This document shows positions 1 through 8,728 of a stretch of DNA of 54,668 bases, piece after piece. The notes under the pieces were generated by a model. It did no database searches, was not told where the DNA came from, and worked only from the letters and a program-made list of their open reading frames with translations. The stretch is taken from IMG/VR virus record IMGVR_UViG_3300050026_000192; one strand, 5' to 3'. Source of the DNA: a virus. Positions within the stretch are counted from its first letter, which is position 1. The number at the start of each line of letters is the position of its first letter. Made by a program: the position numbers and the translations under genes.

Positions 1-222
1 TACAACGGCGCGGCCACGGCGAGCGGCGACAGAGGCGCGGCCACGGCGAGCGGCTACAACGGCGCGGCCACGGCGAGCGGCTACAACGGCGCGGCCACGG
101 CGAGCGGCGACAGAGGCAAGGCCACGGCGAGCGGCAACAGAGGCGCGGCCACGGCGAGCGGCAACAACGGCGCGGCCACGGCGAGCGGCAACAACGGCGC
201 GGCCACGGCGACAGGTTACGCG
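1..222 (+). repeat. 27-bp coding tandem repeat (ggcgcggccacggcgagcggc + 6 variable nt), 3' block
   Basis: About 8 consecutive 27-nt units are read directly. The variable hexamers encode YN, DR, NR, NN and YA. Confidence 0.9.
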
Positions 223-384
223 GGCCGCGTCAAGGGCGCCGAAGGTTGTGCGCTGTTCTCGGTCGAACGCGACGAGAAATTGAACATCGTCAGCGTCGCG
301 TGCGGCATCGTCGGGCGCGATGGGATCAAGGCCGACACTTTTTACGGCGCGAAGGACGGCAAGCTCGTCGAGGCCACACCATGA
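1..384 (+). CDS. C-terminal part of a tandem-repeat protein; it continues from 54058..54668 across the circular junction
   Basis: Frame 1 is open from nt 1. It encodes nine-residue units (GAATASG plus 2 variable residues), then [23 protein letters not shown]...[20 protein letters not shown], ending at TGA 382-384. The codon phase matches the 54058 ORF when the 35-nt ends are overlapped. Confidence 0.8.
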   Translation, partial: YNGAATASGDRGAATASGYNGAATASGYNGAATASGDRGKATASGNRGAATASGNNGAATASGNNGAATATGYAGRVKGAEGCALFSVERDEKLNIVSVACGIVGRDGIKADTFYGAKDGKLVEATP

Positions 385-641
385 AGCCCATGCGCACAGA
401 ATTGACGCCGACGCGCCTCGCTCGCTGCAAGGCGGTCATCGAAGGCTATGGCCCGGAAGTGACCTTCCGCGTGTTCCGCGATCTCTGCAATCGCCGCCCC
501 AACGCAATCTTCGACATGCTTACTGATGAGGCTGTCGAGTTGTGGGCGTTCAAACTCATGGAAGATCGCGTTTCAATCATTCGTAGGAGTGCGCGCAATC
601 GCGCCGTCTATGCCGCGCGCCGAGTTGAGGCCGCATCATGA
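381..641 (+). CDS. hypothetical protein (86 aa)
   Basis: ATG 381 overlaps the upstream TGA (ATGA). The ORF-track frame is 246..641; the TTG-246 start lies inside the upstream gene. Confidence 0.6.
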   Translation: MKPMRTELTPTRLARCKAVIEGYGPEVTFRVFRDLCNRRPNAIFDMLTDEAVELWAFKLMEDRVSIIRRSARNRAVYAARRVEAAS

Positions 642-859
642 ACGACCAACAGCGCGATTGTCGCACGTGTCTCTACAACAGCTATCGCGGTCTCAGCGAC
701 CCTGTCGGCTGGGTATCATGCAACCATCCAAAGACGCTCGCCAAAATGCCGCGATGGGAACCTGGCGACCCTCAGTGGGTCGCCATGCAAACCGGCGATG
801 TGCCGATCTCACGTATCGATGATCTCACGCATTGCTCCGCTTACGAGGTCGCATCATGA
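638..859 (+). CDS. hypothetical Cys-containing protein (73 aa)
   Basis: ORF track. ATGA overlap with the upstream stop. Confidence 0.6.
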   Translation: MNDQQRDCRTCLYNSYRGLSDPVGWVSCNHPKTLAKMPRWEPGDPQWVAMQTGDVPISRIDDLTHCSAYEVAS

Positions 860-1008
860 CCAGAAACTTCGGCTTTCACCCGCGCGTATCGCCCGAAGCC
901 CGCTCTCTAGCGCTCGACGTTAGCGAGGGGCTGGCGATTTTCATTGGCGGGTTGATGGTCGCGGGGGTCGTCACCGTCGCCGCGTTCTGTATCCTGATTG
1001 GAGGGTGA
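856..1008 (+). CDS. small membrane protein (50 aa)
   Basis: Hand translation gives MTRNFGFHPRVSPEARSLALDVSEGLAIFIGGLMVAGVVTVAAFCILIGG. ATGA overlap upstream and one hydrophobic helix. Confidence 0.45.
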   Translation: MTRNFGFHPRVSPEARSLALDVSEGLAIFIGGLMVAGVVTVAAFCILIGG

Positions 1009-1009
1009 A

Positions 1010-1351
1010 ATGGTTGAGCATACGTCAACGCCGTGGTTTGCATCCGTCCCCATTTATTCCAACGGCTATGCACATGTCAGTACGCGGGCTTCTTTCGATG
1101 GCGACATTGCGACGTGCTGGCACAAAGGCCCTGATGTGTCGACGACGGTAGTGTCTGCCGCCAACGCCGCATTCATCGTTCGCGCGGTCAACGTGCACGA
1201 CGAGTTGGTCGCGGCGCTCAAAGCCGTGATTGACGCGACGCAGGCCTATCTACCGCCGGACGGCATCCCCCAAGACGAACTGATCAATCGCGTCTTGGCC
1301 GCGACGGATAATCCGCGGATTAACGCCGCTCTCGCTAAGGCTGGAGGCTGA
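1010..1351 (+). CDS. hypothetical protein (113 aa)
   Basis: ATG 1010 is preceded by GGAGGG; same frame as track ORF 998..1351. Confidence 0.65.
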   Translation: MVEHTSTPWFASVPIYSNGYAHVSTRASFDGDIATCWHKGPDVSTTVVSAANAAFIVRAVNVHDELVAALKAVIDATQAYLPPDGIPQDELINRVLAATDNPRINAALAKAGG

Positions 1352-1353
1352 AC

Positions 1354-1707
1354 ATGGACGCCTATCTCACCATCGCCGGCGCTGAGTACATCGTCGGATA
1401 TGACTACAAAATAACGAGCCCTGGCGCGCCCGAGCAAGGGCCGAGTTATGCCAGCGGCGGCCAGCCTGCCGAGCCGTTTGAGTTTGAGGTCACGTTCGTC
1501 GATCTGCGCAAGGACGAAGGCGGCGGCAAAGAGACGCCTGTCGATTGTCCCGAATGGCTGAAGGTCGAGATCGAGACTTGGCTTTACGAGGACGCGACCG
1601 GCGGTATTTACGCGGCGATTGAGAAAGAGGAAGGCGAAATCTGGGATGACCAGCAAGACCGCCGTGATGACCGCGAGTCCGACCGCATGATGGGAGCCGA
1701 CGAATGA
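1354..1707 (+). CDS. hypothetical acidic protein (117 aa)
   Basis: ORF track. It starts 2 nt after the upstream stop, preceded by GGAGG. Confidence 0.65.
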   Translation: MDAYLTIAGAEYIVGYDYKITSPGAPEQGPSYASGGQPAEPFEFEVTFVDLRKDEGGGKETPVDCPEWLKVEIETWLYEDATGGIYAAIEKEEGEIWDDQQDRRDDRESDRMMGADE

Positions 1708-1967
1708 GTGACGATCCGCACCCTGACGATGACGAGAATTTCGACGCCTATGGCAATCCGAAAAACGGCGATCGCTTGATTTATTGCTGTTTCCCGGATT
1801 GCGGCTGTGACGGTGAGCGTCTTTGCGTGGCGGACAATGGGTCCAGTAAACGCGCCCAGCGCCAGAACGTCGAAGGCATGTACCAGCGGACAGACAAGCG
1901 CGCGATTAGGGCGCGAATGGAACTCGCGGCCGATGTCATACGCGAGAATAAGGAACGCGGCCAATGA
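1704..1967 (+). CDS. hypothetical Cys-rich protein (87 aa)
   Basis: ORF track. ATGA overlap; contains the CCFPDCGCDGERLC cluster. Confidence 0.6.
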   Translation: MSDDPHPDDDENFDAYGNPKNGDRLIYCCFPDCGCDGERLCVADNGSSKRAQRQNVEGMYQRTDKRAIRARMELAADVIRENKERGQ

Positions 1968-2059
1968 CCCTCATTATCATCGCCGTCACGTGGGCCGCGC
2001 TGAACTTCGGCTTTGTCGCCGGACTGCTCTACGCGGACTTGATGAGGAAATCATCATGA
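1964..2059 (+). CDS. small membrane peptide (31 aa)
   Basis: Hand translation gives MTLIIIAVTWAALNFGFVAGLLYADLMRKSS. ATGA overlaps at both ends. Confidence 0.4.
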   Translation: MTLIIIAVTWAALNFGFVAGLLYADLMRKSS

Positions 2060-2286
2060 CCCTCTCCCGCCGCGCCCGCGTCTCTCTCCGAAATTTCCTC
2101 GCCTTCTGGACCGGACGCAAGAGATACCGAACGCCGCACGCCGTTCTAGAGGCAATGCAGGCCGAGCGCGAGGCCCGCGCGCGCAATGACTGCCGCAAAG
2201 TCGGCGAGGCCCGTAGGCGCGTTCGGCAAGCGCGCCTGGATGGGCTCTCCCTCGAAACCTACGGTCGACACTGGAGGACGCAATGA
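2056..2286 (+). CDS. hypothetical basic protein (76 aa)
   Basis: Internal ATG of track ORF 1807..2286, overlapping the upstream TGA. Confidence 0.55.
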   Translation: MTLSRRARVSLRNFLAFWTGRKRYRTPHAVLEAMQAEREARARNDCRKVGEARRRVRQARLDGLSLETYGRHWRTQ

Positions 2287-2486
2287 CGCCTCGTGAACGC
2301 GCTGACATTTGGATTGAGGCAGCTAGACATGCCCGTGAGAACGCGCGTGATCATCGGCATACGGCCTCGACTTGGCCGTCCGAACATCCTGATTGGGTCG
2401 CCGACAATCTCGCCGAATCTCACCGCGCGTTTCAGCGCGCCTACGGCTATCTCCAGCAAGCCCGCTATCTGAGGTCATATCAATGA
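2283..2486 (+). CDS. hypothetical protein (67 aa)
   Basis: ORF track. ATGA overlap. Confidence 0.55.
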   Translation: MTPRERADIWIEAARHARENARDHRHTASTWPSEHPDWVADNLAESHRAFQRAYGYLQQARYLRSYQ

Positions 2487-2986
2487 CGTCCCCGCTTAGC
2501 AATTCCGTTCGCATCGTCGCCGAGCTTCGCGAGAGGCTGAAAACCGAGTTCGGTCTCGACGATGGCGATGAAGCCCTCGAAACGACAATCGAGGGCGAGA
2601 CCGACTTGCCAGAACAAATCGCCCGTCTCGCCCGCGCGGCGCTTCGCAGTGAGGCGTACGCGGAAGGGATGAAGGCGCTCATTCGCGAAAACGCCGAGCG
2701 CAAGGCGCGGCTGGAAACTAGAGCGGCCAAACTACGCGGCGTGATTGCGTGGGCAATGTCCGATAGCGGAATGACCAAGCTCCCATTGCCCGATATGAGC
2801 TTGTCGCTAAGCCAAGGCAAGCCGCCACTGATCGTGGACGAAGGCGCGGTCATTCCAGACGAACTCTGCCGCATCAAACGAGAGCCGGACAAGACGGCAA
2901 TCCGCAGCGCACTAGATCGCGGCGACAATCTGGCGTTCGCGCGCATTGGCAACGCTGGGCAAGTTCTCACGATTCGAAACAGGTAG
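2483..2986 (+). CDS. Gp157-like protein (recombination-module accessory)
   Basis: 167 aa with a coiled-coil N-terminal half, sitting directly upstream of the annealase as in siphovirus Gp157 family genes. ATGA overlap. Confidence 0.55.
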   Translation: MTSPLSNSVRIVAELRERLKTEFGLDDGDEALETTIEGETDLPEQIARLARAALRSEAYAEGMKALIRENAERKARLETRAAKLRGVIAWAMSDSGMTKLPLPDMSLSLSQGKPPLIVDEGAVIPDELCRIKREPDKTAIRSALDRGDNLAFARIGNAGQVLTIRNR

Positions 2987-2990
2987 CACC

Positions 2991-3710
2991 ATGACCGCAT
3001 TCACCCCCATGCAGCTCGCCATTCTCGACGGCCCGCTTGCTCGCGAACACGTCAAGCAGCGCACCCAGAGTGGACGTAATCTCTCCTATATCGAAAGCTG
3101 GAAGGCTATCGAGGAAGCTAATCGCATTTTTGGCTTTGACGCCTGGACGCGCGAGACATTGGAAACGAGAATGGTTTCCGAACATGCGCGCGCTATCGGC
3201 AAGCCGCCAAACACCCGTGATGGATGGGGCGTTTCCTACGTCGCCAAGGTTCGCATCGTCGTCAATGGGATTGTCCGCGAAGGGACTGGCGCCGGCCACG
3301 GCATTGATGTTGACCTCGGCTTGGCCCACGAAAGCGCAATCAAAGAGGCCGAATCCGACGCGATGAAACGCGCCCTGATGACATTTGGAAACCCCTTTGG
3401 CCTCGCCCTTTACGACAAGACGCAAGAGAATGTCGAGACTTCTTCGCCAAAGACGACATCCGAAAGAGCCGCGCCTATCGCATTGTCCGCGTCGATCGAC
3501 ACTAAGCGTCAGCGCTACGCCGACGAATTCACTCAATGGCTTTCGCAGGCCGATGACCTGGATACGGTTCGGTCAATTTGGCGGAACGAGCAGCCCTCGC
3601 GAGCCGATCTTGGAATTGGAGGGACGCCGCTTGAAAGGGAATTAAGGGTCGCCTGGACGGCGCGCGGCAATGAATTGGCTAAGGCAGCAGGGAGCCCACA
3701 CGCGCCATGA
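2991..3710 (+). CDS. Rad52/22-family single-strand annealing protein
   Basis: Motifs LSYIESWKAIEEANRIFGFDAWT and ESAIKEAESDAMKRALMTFGNPFGLALYDK are typical of Rad52/Sak-like annealases. Confidence 0.8.
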   Translation: MTAFTPMQLAILDGPLAREHVKQRTQSGRNLSYIESWKAIEEANRIFGFDAWTRETLETRMVSEHARAIGKPPNTRDGWGVSYVAKVRIVVNGIVREGTGAGHGIDVDLGLAHESAIKEAESDAMKRALMTFGNPFGLALYDKTQENVETSSPKTTSERAAPIALSASIDTKRQRYADEFTQWLSQADDLDTVRSIWRNEQPSRADLGIGGTPLERELRVAWTARGNELAKAAGSPHAP

Positions 3711-4201
3711 CTAAACATGCTGTCTTCCAGGGAACGTACAGCGATCTGAAATTTATTAAGACGCGCTCTGTCGCCGCGATCACGATTGAAATTCCGATCG
3801 AACAGGCGTCGGCATTTGTGGCGGCTTTCGGAGCCCCTACGCCGGGCTATGAATGTCCGGTAGCCATTGCTCGCCTAGATACAGCGAACGCCGCCAGCGA
3901 GCCTATCGCGAAAGAGCGGAGGCGGTTTGATAGACTGCCGTATTTTCAGCAGGCAGGTATGCGATGCAATGAGCCGGCGTTTTGGAAATTCCTCCATGAA
4001 AAAATGGATTATGCGTGTGAGGATGAGGAGGCCGCCGCCGAAACAGTCCGAGACATTTGCGGTGTGAAAAGCCGCGCCGAAATCCGCGACGCGGATATGT
4101 CGGGGAAGCGATGGACGCGCCTCAATTCCGATTACGAGTTCTGGCTTCGCAATCCCGGCGTCTCTGGCGATGATCTGGAGAAGGCGGGAGAGGCGGCGTG
4201 A
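3707..4201 (+). CDS. hypothetical protein (164 aa)
   Basis: ORF track. ATGA overlap. Confidence 0.65.
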   Translation: MTKHAVFQGTYSDLKFIKTRSVAAITIEIPIEQASAFVAAFGAPTPGYECPVAIARLDTANAASEPIAKERRRFDRLPYFQQAGMRCNEPAFWKFLHEKMDYACEDEEAAAETVRDICGVKSRAEIRDADMSGKRWTRLNSDYEFWLRNPGVSGDDLEKAGEAA

Positions 4202-4542
4202 ACATTCTTCGATGGTTGAGCGAAGGCGAGGTCGGCGCGTCGAGCAAGGCGATTGCTCTATCGGCCCTTGGCGAAATGCCGCGCCGTCCTGCGTGGCCGT
4301 CGGATGGACAGGATTTACGACGCTGCATGAAGCTTCTGGAAGTTTGCCCCGATGCGAAAGCTGGTCTGGACGAATTAGAGCGATGTGGAGGCCCCGTATG
4401 GGCCGCGCTCGTCAAGCGTTGGGACGAAATCGGAGAAGCGTGTCTGCATGACGAATTTCTATTTGCCGCAGGCGGTCACTCTCCGAGAGCGTATCGATGC
4501 TACGATCTGATGAAAAGCATCATCAACGCGGCTAATAAATGA
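4198..4542 (+). CDS. hypothetical protein (114 aa)
   Basis: ORF track. GTG start overlapping the upstream TGA (GTGA). Confidence 0.6.
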   Translation: MNILRWLSEGEVGASSKAIALSALGEMPRRPAWPSDGQDLRRCMKLLEVCPDAKAGLDELERCGGPVWAALVKRWDEIGEACLHDEFLFAAGGHSPRAYRCYDLMKSIINAANK

Positions 4543-4928
4543 ACCGCCGCAACTTCATTCGAGCCGTCAAGCTTGAAATCATCAAGCGCGCCACGCGCCC
4601 TGACCGCCAACCGGCGTGTGAGCGTTGCGGGGCGGTAGGTCTCAAGATGGATGTGCATCATAAAGTCATGGACGCGATGCAGATCGACAAGTCGCGCAAG
4701 CTGACGGCGGAAGACGGCGAACTTTTATGCGAGCCTTGCCACGATCCGATCACGGCGACGCAGCGCAGGCATTTGGCGAAGGCGCTCGCGCGCGAGGCAA
4801 AACACGTTGGCGCGACGCGGCCAGCCAGCAAGATCAAATCGGCCGGGTTCAAACCAGTGTCACGTGCGCACGTCGGACGAGAGCCGTCGAATGGAATGAG
4901 CGAGATTCAACGGAGGTTTGCGAGATGA
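4539..4928 (+). CDS. HNH endonuclease
   Basis: CERCG...DVHHKV...LCEPCHD gives a Cys-pair/His-His/Cys-pair HNH layout. Confidence 0.75.
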   Translation: MNRRNFIRAVKLEIIKRATRPDRQPACERCGAVGLKMDVHHKVMDAMQIDKSRKLTAEDGELLCEPCHDPITATQRRHLAKALAREAKHVGATRPASKIKSAGFKPVSRAHVGREPSNGMSEIQRRFAR

Positions 4929-5158
4929 CCACTATCACCCCCGCGCAGAAGCGCGCGATTGAATGGCTGCCGGCGGACGGTAGTTGGCGGACTGACGCAG
5001 GGAGGCTTGTTGGCGCTCTTAATAGCGCGAGCCTGGCTGGTCTTGCCGATGGTGTATGGGCCGATTGCGGCGCGCGCGGCGGTCGCAAGATGCGTTGGCG
5101 TCTAAGGCCAGCGGGGATCGTCACCAGGGCAGAATTAGATTTGGGAGTTGTGAAGTGA
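4925..5158 (+). CDS. hypothetical protein (77 aa)
   Basis: Internal ATG of track ORF 4727..5158, overlapping the upstream TGA. Confidence 0.55.
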   Translation: MTTITPAQKRAIEWLPADGSWRTDAGRLVGALNSASLAGLADGVWADCGARGGRKMRWRLRPAGIVTRAELDLGVVK

Positions 5159-5379
5159 CCATGCAGGCTGAGAGGCACGAAAGGCTCGCCGAAAACGTAG
5201 CGATTGCTGGCGACTGCTCGCTGACTGAAGCTCGCGCCATCCTCGCCCTGATCGCCTCGCGGCTTGCGGACGTGACGCCGGAGATGGTTGAGGCGTGGGG
5301 GTTCACTCCAATTGACGCCAAACGTGTTTGGCGCGCGATGCTCGCGGCGTCTGCGCTGGTGAAGGAAGGGAAGAAATGA
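5155..5379 (+). CDS. hypothetical protein (about 73 aa)
   Basis: GTG 5155 overlaps the upstream TGA; ATG 5161 is an alternative start. Frame of track ORF 5056..5379. Confidence 0.5.
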   Translation: MTMQAERHERLAENVAIAGDCSLTEARAILALIASRLADVTPEMVEAWGFTPIDAKRVWRAMLAASALVKEGKK

Positions 5380-5618
5380 AGTTGTCCGAGCTAATACTAG
5401 CGGTCGGTGACGAACACGTCATTTTCCAGAACCTACTCAACGACGCGCAGTCGATCGACAAGACGAAGCACGGCACCAAGATCACGTTCTACACCGGGGC
5501 GATTCAAGCCGAAGAACTGCTCGACGGCGGCGTACCGAAGAACACGGGCCTCGTGCTGTGGCTCCCCAAAGATCGCGTTGACGCTGCCATTGCATCTGAG
5601 AAGGCGAGTAAGCCATGA
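5376..5618 (+). CDS. hypothetical protein (80 aa)
   Basis: ATG 5376 overlaps the upstream TGA; frame of track ORF 5328..5618. Confidence 0.55.
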   Translation: MKLSELILAVGDEHVIFQNLLNDAQSIDKTKHGTKITFYTGAIQAEELLDGGVPKNTGLVLWLPKDRVDAAIASEKASKP

Positions 5619-5797
5619 CCTTCCATAAGATGTTTTACCTATCTCTAACGGCCACGTACGTCGTTTCTGCGTTTGTTGTTGACTACTTTTATGAGCAACC
5701 GAAGGACCTCGGTCTTAATATCCTGGGAGGCGTCTTCATGCTTATGGCCGTCGGTCTGGCATGGTTAAATTATTGGATAAGTAAAGAAGAGCCATGA
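5615..5797 (+). CDS. small two-helix membrane protein (60 aa)
   Basis: ORF track. Two hydrophobic stretches in an AT-richer islet. Confidence 0.55.
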   Translation: MTFHKMFYLSLTATYVVSAFVVDYFYEQPKDLGLNILGGVFMLMAVGLAWLNYWISKEEP

Positions 5798-5925
5798 CCG
5801 CTGGTGAAGGGAGAGAAGGAATGACAACTTTTGATAGAATTATCCTCGTAGCCATCTTTGCCATGATGGTTTCGAATACCTATTGTATACACCAAATTAT
5901 GGGCGCAATGGGGATGAAACCATGA
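5794..5925 (+). CDS. small membrane protein (43 aa)
   Basis: Hand translation gives MTAGEGREGMTTFDRIILVAIFAMMVSNTYCIHQIMGAMGMKP. ATGA overlaps at both ends; ATG 5821 is an alternative start. Confidence 0.4.
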   Translation: MTAGEGREGMTTFDRIILVAIFAMMVSNTYCIHQIMGAMGMKP

Positions 5926-6206
5926 CCCCTCTTTCCCCCGCCATCATCTTCGCCGCCGTCATTCTCGCTGCAACGCCGGGGATGGCGCAGACGACGTTTG
6001 ATGATCCTGGAACGGGATGCGTTCGTCATCCAGACGGTACAATTCAGTGTTTCCTTGAAAATTCTCGGCGGCTCGGCGTACTTAGCAATGACGGGACTAC
6101 GAGCAACTTCATATCAACGCCGACGTGCCCAGACGGGTACTCGCTTCTAGCTTACCCGGGGACAAACATACCAGTCTGCGCGCGAGATTTGAGGCCGCCA
6201 CAATGA
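5922..6206 (+). CDS. exported Cys-containing protein (94 aa)
   Basis: The N-terminus MTPLSPAIIFAAVILAATPGMAQ looks like a Sec signal. The mature part has four Cys. Confidence 0.6.
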   Translation: MTPLSPAIIFAAVILAATPGMAQTTFDDPGTGCVRHPDGTIQCFLENSRRLGVLSNDGTTSNFISTPTCPDGYSLLAYPGTNIPVCARDLRPPQ

Positions 6207-6565
6207 CCAACGCCCTTAACCCCGACATCGTCGAACGCGCAGCGGAGGCGATGTATGTGGCCCATGCCAAAAACGGTAACCGCCCATTGGTACCGTTTGT
6301 AGCGCTTCGCGACGACACAAGGGATTGGTACTGCAAACTCGCCCGCGCCGCCCTGGCATCCGCCATCCAGGAGGCGGTGAAGCCGTGTCCAATCTGCGAA
6401 GAGATTGTTGAGATTGACGATGAGCGCATCCGACAAGAACATGCGGGCTTCATCGATACTCCCGGTGGCTTTGAGCACATGGGCGATGTTTGGAATCAAA
6501 TCAGTAAATGGGCCGATCTAATCCGTGCCCGCGGTGCCGGGCAGAAGGGAGAGGGAAATGGCTGA
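6203..6565 (+). CDS. hypothetical protein (120 aa)
   Basis: ATG 6203 overlaps the upstream TGA. Ends with ...GQKGEGNG. Confidence 0.6.
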   Translation: MTNALNPDIVERAAEAMYVAHAKNGNRPLVPFVALRDDTRDWYCKLARAALASAIQEAVKPCPICEEIVEIDDERIRQEHAGFIDTPGGFEHMGDVWNQISKWADLIRARGAGQKGEGNG

Positions 6566-7019
6566 AATTGATACGAGTGCGAACGACGACCTTTTCGACG
6601 ACCAGATTGCCGATGCGGTCTGGGAAGCAGCAAGCAACGGAGAGGGACGGATTACCGCCACCGGCCTTCGCCGAGAATTGACCCTTATTGGGCTCCAAAT
6701 TATCTCAAAAGCGTACCATGATTCCGTTACCTCCGAGCGCGACCAACTTGCCGCCAAGCTTGCAGAAGTGGAGCGGAAGAGCGTCGCCGCATGGATGCTA
6801 GAACATTCGTTTCCGACTGGACACGGCGACACTGTTGCGGATTTGCTCGTTGAGCTTGTCGGCCATGAGCGAGGGGCATGTGCGAAGATCGCAAGAGACG
6901 GGTGCCTTGTCCCACCTGATGGCGGCTCACCAACTGAGGCAGAAGCCGATATGTGTGACCGAATAGCTACCTTGATCCTCGCCCGTAGCGACGAGAAGAA
7001 GGGAAATGAAAATGGCTGA
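6558..7019 (+). CDS. hypothetical protein (153 aa)
   Basis: Starts MAEIDTS at the ATGGCTGA junction. Ends with ...EKKGNENG. Confidence 0.6.
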   Translation: MAEIDTSANDDLFDDQIADAVWEAASNGEGRITATGLRRELTLIGLQIISKAYHDSVTSERDQLAAKLAEVERKSVAAWMLEHSFPTGHGDTVADLLVELVGHERGACAKIARDGCLVPPDGGSPTEAEADMCDRIATLILARSDEKKGNENG

Positions 7020-7596
7020 GATTGATGTAAGCCCCGAAGGCGTCGCACATATCGTCAAACACCTACGCGAAAGCGGCGTTATGAGTGCCATACGGGCAGT
7101 TGAACTATTCGAAGCCCTCTCCGCCGAGCGCGACGAACTTGCCTCTAAGCTCGTGGAGGCGACTGCATTGGCGAAGCATTATGAGAAATGCTGTGACAGC
7201 TATGCCGATGAGAACCAGAAGTTTCACGATCGGTTCACGGTGGCGGAAACTGCCCTTTCCGCCGCCAACGCCAAGCTCGTGGCGGTAGAAACCCCTTGGA
7301 TTGAACGTGTCGCAGAACTCAGAGCAACAATTAGCGATCTGATTGGCAGTCACGCTGATACTGTCGCTGCCCACTGCGCCGCTAACGCCAAACTCGCGTC
7401 CGCTAGGAAAAACAACGACGCCCTCGAACGCACAGCGGACGACCTGCACAAGCAGCTTGTCGCCGCCAACGCCGAGATAGCGCGGCTCAAGGCGGAGAAC
7501 GACGGCTTGCGAAAGGCGCTTAAACCTTGGACCGTGAAGCCCCCGACAGCTGGAATGTTCATTAGTCCCCCTCCGCCACAGGAGACGACGAAATGA
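7012..7596 (+). CDS. coiled-coil protein (194 aa)
   Basis: Starts MAEIDVS at a second ATGGCTGA junction (ATG 7006 is an alternative). Long heptad-like Ala/Leu/Glu-rich sequence. Confidence 0.6.
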   Translation: MAEIDVSPEGVAHIVKHLRESGVMSAIRAVELFEALSAERDELASKLVEATALAKHYEKCCDSYADENQKFHDRFTVAETALSAANAKLVAVETPWIERVAELRATISDLIGSHADTVAAHCAANAKLASARKNNDALERTADDLHKQLVAANAEIARLKAENDGLRKALKPWTVKPPTAGMFISPPPPQETTK

Positions 7597-7853
7597 GCAA
7601 CCTGAGCAACGTATTCTCTGAAGCCGTCGCCAATCTAAACGTTGTCGAGACCCTTATGCCATCGCCGAACCCGAGCCAAGGTCAGCGCATCATATATGGC
7701 GTTGCCTACTCGATGGCAGCCTTTTGTTGTGGTGCTATGTCCGTCACTTTGTTCGGCACATTCCATTCTTTCCTCCTTAAGTTGATTGGATTTGCCGGAT
7801 TATTTGCGACGTTCATCTTGTTGGCTGGAGCAGCGTCATGGCTTTTTGCCTAG
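7593..7853 (+). CDS. membrane protein (86 aa)
   Basis: ORF track. ATGA overlap; two or three hydrophobic helices. Confidence 0.55.
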   Translation: MSNLSNVFSEAVANLNVVETLMPSPNPSQGQRIIYGVAYSMAAFCCGAMSVTLFGTFHSFLLKLIGFAGLFATFILLAGAASWLFA

Positions 7854-7920
7854 CATTCGCTGATCGCCGTGTCATCGGGAATGGAGTACAATCTCCTGCG
7901 CGCTACGGGGGAGGATTATT

Positions 7921-8388
7921 ATGGCACGATACGCTCGCGTTGAGCCTGACACCCTTCGGACATGGGCGGTTCAATTCGGGGTCCTGGGGCTCGTTTTGGC
8001 GATTGGTTTAGCCATGACGGGCTACGCAAACTTATGGCTTGGCGTGGTGGTTATGACATTGGCCGTGGCCGCGCTGGCAACAGACTTCTTATTCAAACAC
8101 CCAGAAATGGCCACGGCAGCACGCGTGACTAAGTCTTCAATTGCTGACGTCGCACCTGACCCCCGCGACGCCGAACTCTCTGCCCTCCGCGCGGCGCTTG
8201 CAACGGTGATAGAGGTGCTGAAGGAATGCGCTGACGATTTGGAGAGTGAAGTTGAGGCCCACTACCCGCGTCCGAATCCCTACCCGATGGAAAAGCGTAG
8301 GTATGACCGCGACATGGAACCAGTCCGCCACGCTCGTTCCGCCCTTGCCGCTATCGACGCGGCAGGGAAGGGGGAAGGCAATGGTTGA
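7921..8388 (+). CDS. membrane-anchored protein (155 aa)
   Basis: ORF track. GGGGGAGG lies upstream; two N-terminal hydrophobic helices; ends with ...AGKGEGNG. Confidence 0.6.
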   Translation: MARYARVEPDTLRTWAVQFGVLGLVLAIGLAMTGYANLWLGVVVMTLAVAALATDFLFKHPEMATAARVTKSSIADVAPDPRDAELSALRAALATVIEVLKECADDLESEVEAHYPRPNPYPMEKRRYDRDMEPVRHARSALAAIDAAGKGEGNG

Positions 8389-8728
8389 GGCTCGCCCCGT
8401 CCGCCTGCAATTGAGCCGCAAGCGTGGGTTCAACTTGCAAGCACTCTCGCTCGCGACCAATGGCCTGCCGGCGGTCAACTGCGCGCGGCCTTGGACTTAC
8501 GGCAACTGGTACGTCGTAGGCCAGGATGGAACCTCCGAGGAGTGCGTTGCTAAATTCCGCGCGTGGTTGACAAACGCCATCAATAAGAAGTGGTGGCACT
8601 ACGATGAACTGCGCGGCAAAAATCTTGCCTGCTGGTGCAAACTGCCGATGTTTGGGGAACCTGACGTTTGCCATGCGGCGGTTATTTTGGAATTCGCAAA
8701 TATGCCGCTGTGTGAGGAAGTGAGATGA
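8381..8728 (+). CDS. DUF4326-like protein
   Basis: RPWTYGNWYVVG...LRGKNLACWC...VCHAAVILE resembles the DUF4326 signature. ATG 8381 lies at a third ATGGTTGA-type junction. Confidence 0.6.
   Translation: MVEARPVRLQLSRKRGFNLQALSLATNGLPAVNCARPWTYGNWYVVGQDGTSEECVAKFRAWLTNAINKKWWHYDELRGKNLACWCKLPMFGEPDVCHAAVILEFANMPLCEEVR

Noticed and set aside
246-641. The 131-aa version of ORF 246..641 (TTG start)
   Set aside because: Its first 45 codons overlap the conserved C-terminal domain of the repeat protein in another frame. ATG 381 forms the ATGA junction used throughout this operon.
2323-3000. 225-aa minus-strand ORF
   Set aside because: It lies antisense to the Gp157-like gene in the plus-strand coupled chain. 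It is Ser/Arg/Ala-rich and low in complexity.
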